Origin: a virus
Virus record (IMG/VR): IMGVR_UViG_3300025112_006940
Span: 12,547 to 76,546 of that record
Reading direction: 5' to 3' (one strand)
DNA length: 64,000 nucleotides
Every line of letters begins with the position of its first letter. The first letter of the stretch is position 1. Below, in pieces: positions 59,451 to 64,000 of this stretch. Both the position numbers and the translations under genes were made by a program. The notes under the pieces were generated by a model, which was not told the origin of the DNA, made no database searches, and saw only the letters and a program-made list of their open reading frames with translations.

Positions 59451-61190
59451 ATGAATAATCTTATTCAAGAAATGACTCAAGAATATCAAGCTCCTAATAA
59501 GATGGGTGAACTTAAAGCACTTGTTGAAAAGTGGGAAAGAACTGGACTTCTTAAGAAGCTTAATGAAGAAAAGAAATATGGCGGAATAGGCAAAAAAGGT
59601 GTTATCGCTAGACTTCTTGAAAACCAGGCTGTTGAACTTAAGCAAAGCATGTATGAGGCAACTCAAACAGGCGCAGTTGCTAACTTCAATAAAATCGCAT
59701 TCCCATTAGTACGTAGAGTGTTTGGTCAACTTTTGGCAAATGAAATTGTTTCAGTACAGCCAATGAGTTTACCAGCAGGCTTACTTTTCTTCTTAGACTT
59801 TAAATTTGATAGAGTCAAGAACGGATTTACAAATGGTGGCTCAGTATATGGCAACCTTGATAATGCACCACCAAATAACAATGAGCAATTAGACGCTGTT
59901 GGTGAACAAGCTGCTACAGGCGGTTTTTATAACCTTCAATCAGGATATTCAAAAAGAGCATTCCAAATTACTGGTTCAACAGCTCCTGCATATTCTGGTG
60001 TAACAGCAACATCTTACTTGCTTGGTGGGGCAACAGTATCAGGCTTTAACTTTACACTTTCAAGTTCTGCAGCAACTGACCTTGCTTCATTACACGAAAT
60101 TAGACCACAAAGATACGGTGAATTCAACTTTGATGCTTCTAACACGTTTAGATCATTAAACGCACTTCATTCAGTTTCAGGTGGACACTATTATGGAACA
60201 GTTGATCATACAATGACTTATGTCACTGGTGGTCTTGTTCAAGTATTTATTAGTGAAGCTTCAACAGTGGATGTAACATGGAGTAATACAAATGCTACAG
60301 CTGCTCACTTAGCAGGACCAGCAAAAACTAACGTAGCCGTTGATAGCGGTACAAATAATCTTGGTGACTTTGAATCTACATCAGCTATTCCAGAAATTAA
60401 CTTATCAGTAAGTTCAGTTCCTGTAACAGCCGAAACACGTAAATTGAAAGCTACTTGGACTCCAGAACTTGCACAAGATCTTAATGCATATCATGCATTG
60501 GACGCTGAAGTAGAATTGACAACAATTCTTTCAGAAATCATCTCAACAGAAATTGACAGAGATATTCTTGGTCAACTTCTTTCAGGTGCAGCAGTTCATG
60601 CAGCATGGTCAAGAATGATTGGACGTTATGTATCTTGGGCATCAAATGATGTTATTTCTACAATTTCATTGAACTCTTCAGATGGAGCACAAGATTTCCA
60701 TGGAACACAACAAGAATGGTATCAAACACTTGGTGAAACTATCGTTACAGTATCTAACGAAATTCACAAGAGAAATATGAGATCAGGTGCTAATTGGTTG
60801 ATTACATCTCCAGAAGTTGGATCAGTAATTGAATCAATTGCAACCTTTAAGCCAAACGCAGTATTTGATCCTACTGAGATTCAATATTCATTAGGTATTG
60901 AAAAGATTGGTTCACTTACAAACAGATTCACTGTTTATAAAGATCCTTACTTCCCAGCACATAAATTACTTATGGGTTACAAGGGAGCAGGCTTCTTGGA
61001 TTCAGGATTTGTTTATGCACCATACGTACCATTGGTAGTAACTCCTACTATCTTTGAGCCAAATGACTTTACTCCTCGTAAGGGTGTAATGCACAGAGCG
61101 GCTACACAAATGGTGAGACCAGAATATTACGGAACGGTAACAATCGTTGATCTTAATATTATTGGACAACCAGCATCTGCATCAGCTTAA
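59451..61190 (+). CDS. Major capsid protein (T4 gp23-like)
   Basis: KWERTGLL, LLENQA, PLVRRVF, VSVQPM, TRKLKA.WTPELAQDLNAYH, EID, GFVYAPYVPL. Confidence 0.96.
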   Translation: MNNLIQEMTQEYQAPNKMGELKALVEKWERTGLLKKLNEEKKYGGIGKKGVIARLLENQAVELKQSMYEATQTGAVANFNKIAFPLVRRVFGQLLANEIVSVQPMSLPAGLLFFLDFKFDRVKNGFTNGGSVYGNLDNAPPNNNEQLDAVGEQAATGGFYNLQSGYSKRAFQITGSTAPAYSGVTATSYLLGGATVSGFNFTLSSSAATDLASLHEIRPQRYGEFNFDASNTFRSLNALHSVSGGHYYGTVDHTMTYVTGGLVQVFISEASTVDVTWSNTNATAAHLAGPAKTNVAVDSGTNNLGDFESTSAIPEINLSVSSVPVTAETRKLKATWTPELAQDLNAYHALDAEVELTTILSEIISTEIDRDILGQLLSGAAVHAAWSRMIGRYVSWASNDVISTISLNSSDGAQDFHGTQQEWYQTLGETIVTVSNEIHKRNMRSGANWLITSPEVGSVIESIATFKPNAVFDPTEIQYSLGIEKIGSLTNRFTVYKDPYFPAHKLLMGYKGAGFLDSGFVYAPYVPLVVTPTIFEPNDFTPRKGVMHRAATQMVRPEYYGTVTIVDLNIIGQPASASA

Positions 61191-61218
61191 TAACTGATTA
61201 GATAATATAGCTTAAAAG

Positions 61219-61250
61219 AATGAAACCAGTTTAAATACTGGTTTCATTTT
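61219..61250 (+). terminator. Terminator hairpin after MCP
   Basis: AATGAAACCAGT-TTAAAT-ACTGGTTTCATT-TT. Confidence 0.75.
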
Positions 61251-61379
61251 GTTATTATATATTGTTAGTTAAAAACTGAGTTTAAAAATGGTGAAATTGT
61301 TAAAGAATATACATTTGAAGATGTCAGAGATAGAATTTCAGATTTTCCAAGATTGATTAACAAATAGAAAGGAATTAAC

Positions 61380-61898
61380 ATGAAGAAATTTTTGGTAGCA
61401 TTCGCAGTAATTGTAGGGCTTTCATTAGGTCATGTATGCACTGGAGGAGATTGTAGTGGTCATGCATATGCTCAAGGTGTTGAACTTGAAACTGGTGGAG
61501 GAATTGCAGCAGTAGTTGATGATGATCTTAATCTTTCAGTAAATGGTGAAAAGCTTTTTGTTTCATCAATCAGATATGGTGATGCAAATTCAATTGGCCT
61601 AAGAGTTGCAGCAACAAATAACACAACTCCACTATTTGATATTACAGCTAATGTAAGACATACATTTAGACCAGTTATTAGTGTTCTTCCATATGCTGAA
61701 TTAGGTGCTGGTGTACAAAATTCAGGATTTACTCAAGCTGGTCTTAAACGAGTTGCATCAGGTACTGTAGGAGTAAGATCATGGTATAAAGGTTTAGGAG
61801 TATATGCAGAAAGCAGACTTAACACAGTTTATGAAAATGGTTGGTCAGATAGAGTAAATGTACTTCAATTTACTGCTGGCGTTTCATTATCTCGCTAA
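61380..61898 (+). CDS. Outer-membrane beta-barrel protein (Ail/Lom/OmpA-TM-like)
   Basis: Signal peptide ending AYA; amphipathic strands PYAELGAGV, GVYAESR, QFTAGVSL. Confidence 0.7.
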   Translation: MKKFLVAFAVIVGLSLGHVCTGGDCSGHAYAQGVELETGGGIAAVVDDDLNLSVNGEKLFVSSIRYGDANSIGLRVAATNNTTPLFDITANVRHTFRPVISVLPYAELGAGVQNSGFTQAGLKRVASGTVGVRSWYKGLGVYAESRLNTVYENGWSDRVNVLQFTAGVSLSR

Positions 61899-61923
61899 TT
61901 ATTTAGTTTAAAACCCACCGTTT

Positions 61924-61957
61924 AAAGAGCTTCTAGAAATTAGGAGCTCTTTTTTTT
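61924..61957 (+). terminator. Rho-independent terminator
   Basis: AAAGAGCTTCTA-GAAAT-TAGGAGCTCTTT followed by a T run. Confidence 0.85.
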
Positions 61958-62019
61958 GTATGTAATATATGATAAGATTAAAAACATTGCAAAATATATT
62001 GATTAAAGTGGTTTACATA

Positions 62020-62209
62020 TAAGTTGTTTATTATCAATAAATTAGCCATATTATCTATAGATCATAAGTTGTTTATTATTAATACGTTATGTATAATAAG
62101 CTTTATTTAATCAAAAAAGCATGTATTTCTGACATTTCTATGAGTATCTTAGAGTTATTTTACGTTTATTATGAGTAATAGCCATAAGTATATATAAAAT
62201 AATAACTTA
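62020..62209. repeat. Three 25-bp imperfect palindromes TAAGT-N15-(A/C)nTTA
   Basis: 62020-62044, 62065-62089 and 62185-62209 in AT-rich non-coding DNA. Confidence 0.6.
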
Positions 62210-62246
62210 GAAAAACTAAAAAGCTATGTAATTCTTTTGAATTATG

Positions 62247-62275
62247 TTTAATACTGGCCCCCGTTTGGTTATATT
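62247..62275 (+). promoter_or_regulatory. Putative sigma70-like early promoter
   Basis: TTTAAT-17 nt-TATATT with TGn extension; spacer shares CTGG..CC with the 8254 promoter. Confidence 0.55.
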
Positions 62276-62322
62276 ATATTGTAAGTAAAAATCATCATAA
62301 TCTACCATTTGGAGGTTTTACC

Positions 62323-63261
62323 ATGGCAACCGCTCAAATCAAATTCAATTCCGCTTCCGACAAATTCGAATTGGTTCATAATGGTATTCGGATCATGTTC
62401 TCCAAACACAAACAAGCTCTTTACGATTTTGGTCTTTCCAAACCCAAGGCGATTCAATTTAACATTACGGATATTGAGGATGAAACAGAAGGTCATGGTG
62501 AAGATCTGGTAGTTAATCATAAAATGGAAGTTCAGAAAGAAAAGGTTCATCAGAAATTTGATGTCAACAAGCGGTCAATGTTCATGCGCCAACTTACTGA
62601 AATGGTGGTTGATGGAGTAATGGATTCCTTAATTATTACGGGTGAAGCAGGAACCGGTAAAACACATACGGTTACTGAAGTTCTTAAGGATCGTGGAAAA
62701 CGAGAAGCTTATGACTTTGAAGTAATCAAGGGATATGCAACTGCAAAAGCTATGTATCGGCAATTATATTATGCCCAAGATAAACTGGTTATTTTTGATG
62801 ATTGTGATTCAATTCTTAGTGATAAAACGGCAGTGAATATTTTAAAGGCTGCTTTGGATTCCAATGAAAAACGTATCGTATCTTGGCGGACAGAACGAAT
62901 TGATGAAGATCTTCCTGATTCCTTCGAATTCAAAGGTCAAATCATTTTCATTACAAATGTTCCGGTAGAAAAAATTGATGGACCAATCATTTCACGGTCT
63001 TTCTTGGTGGACGTTTCAATGACCTTACAGGAAAAAGTTGATCGAATCAAAACTATCCTTCATGACTTGGACCCTAAAGGAATGATGTTAACAAATGAAG
63101 AAAAGGAAGAAGCATTCGAAATCTTGGCAGCTTATAAAGATGAGGCTTCCGATCTTAACATTCGATCAATGCTCAAGACAATGGTAATTCGAAAAGGAAT
63201 GGCAGAAACACATGGTGAAGAAGCCTGGAAAGAATTGGCCGAATACACAATGATGCAGTAA
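62323..63261 (+). CDS. AAA+ ATPase
   Basis: GEAGTGKT, VIFDDCD, ILKAALDS, FITN, SR finger; GGAGG SD. Confidence 0.88.
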   Translation: MATAQIKFNSASDKFELVHNGIRIMFSKHKQALYDFGLSKPKAIQFNITDIEDETEGHGEDLVVNHKMEVQKEKVHQKFDVNKRSMFMRQLTEMVVDGVMDSLIITGEAGTGKTHTVTEVLKDRGKREAYDFEVIKGYATAKAMYRQLYYAQDKLVIFDDCDSILSDKTAVNILKAALDSNEKRIVSWRTERIDEDLPDSFEFKGQIIFITNVPVEKIDGPIISRSFLVDVSMTLQEKVDRIKTILHDLDPKGMMLTNEEKEEAFEILAAYKDEASDLNIRSMLKTMVIRKGMAETHGEEAWKELAEYTMMQ

Positions 63262-63277
63262 TCAATTATTATTCATC

Positions 63278-63315
63278 AGGTAAATGGCCAGGAAACTGGC
63301 CATTACCTTTTTTTT
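63278..63315 (+). terminator. Rho-independent terminator
   Basis: AGGTAAATGGCCAG-GAAA-CTGGCCATTACCT followed by a T run. Confidence 0.85.
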
Positions 63316-63333
63316 ATTTTTAGGAGAACAAAA

Positions 63334-63540
63334 ATGAAACGTTCAGAACAAACTCAAGAATTGATGGATAATAATGTTACATTCGAAAAACTCGGATTAA
63401 GTTTTTTACAATTTACCACAGATAGAATATTCGAAAAAATTTATGAAAATTGGACTAAGTTAGGAAAACCTTCTAATGTTACATTGAAAATTGAAATTAA
63501 TTTTGGCGCGCAAACAGTAAGCAACTTAGAGATTGCTTAA
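63334..63540 (+). CDS. Hypothetical protein
   Basis: AGGAG SD. Confidence 0.55.
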   Translation: MKRSEQTQELMDNNVTFEKLGLSFLQFTTDRIFEKIYENWTKLGKPSNVTLKIEINFGAQTVSNLEIA

Positions 63541-63560
63541 TAACAAACGAGGTAACAAAA

Positions 63561-64000
63561 ATGAAATTATTAATAACGACAATCTTGATTATTTCTTCGC
63601 TAAATTCTTGCGCATCACTTAGAAATATCAATTTAGTTTCTGCATCAGACGAAATTAAAATGGGAGAAGAGTATTCAAGTTATATGGAGAAAACACTAGA
63701 GATGTGCCGTAATGAAATTGTCAATTCATATATCGACAGTTTAGGCCAATCGCTAACCAGTAATTCTAAAAGAAGCAACGTGACTTATAAATTTAAAGTA
63801 ATTTTGGATAAAAATATCAATGCGTTCGCTGTCCTGGGAGGCTGGATATATGTAACCTCAAGCTTAATATTAGCTTCTGATTCTGAAGATGAACTTGCCG
63901 GTGTAATTAGCCACGAAATAGGTCACATAGAAAAAAAGCACTCGGCTAAAGCTATAACTTCACACATTGGCTTACAAATCGCAGGTGAAGCAATACTTCA
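63561..64000 (+). CDS. M48 family zinc metallopeptidase lipoprotein (BepA/YfgC-like), runs off window end
   Basis: Lipobox LNSC, INAFAVLGG.IYV, ELAGVISHEIGH (HExxH); not in ORF track. Confidence 0.88.
   Translation, partial: MKLLITTILIISSLNSCASLRNINLVSASDEIKMGEEYSSYMEKTLEMCRNEIVNSYIDSLGQSLTSNSKRSNVTYKFKVILDKNINAFAVLGGWIYVTSSLILASDSEDELAGVISHEIGHIEKKHSAKAITSHIGLQIAGEAIL

Noticed and set aside
1-64000. Genome-wide stop-codon reassignment (TAG or TAA)
   Set aside because: Long core genes are intact in code 11, many genes end in TAG or TAA right before the next SD or start, and no clean suppressor tRNA was found

Overview
AT-rich, almost entirely plus-strand segment of a large (probably jumbo) tailed phage with T4-like head genes. 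Layout: (1) 0-8 kb, an array of about 14 tRNA genes, several structurally atypical, interspersed with small and often decayed ORFs, a dUTPase and a radical-SAM gene. (2) 8-34 kb, a replication and nucleotide-metabolism operon: 5'-3' exonuclease, DnaB helicase, class II RNR, dCMP deaminase, DnaE polymerase, primase, RuvC-like resolvase, fused SbcCD, RNA ligase and an Apyc1-like anti-Pycsar nuclease. It contains a putative DNA-hypermodification cassette (cytosine-type thymidylate-synthase homologue, U32 Fe-S hydroxylase, glycosyltransferase-like protein, dNMP kinase, all-alpha NTP pyrophosphatase). (3) 34-49 kb, lysis genes, a family of small proteins sharing an MK(L/I)...E leader, a glycosyltransferase, a host-like prkA/yeaG-yeaH-spoVR operon between tRNA-Ser and a tmRNA, and an ADP-ribosyltransferase-like gene. 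(4) 49-61 kb, terminase, portal, prohead protease, ribosomal protein bS21, scaffold and major capsid protein. (5) 61-64 kb, an outer-membrane beta-barrel, an AT-rich control region, an AAA ATPase and an M48 lipoprotein. All calls are by-eye motif recognition; no database searches were run.
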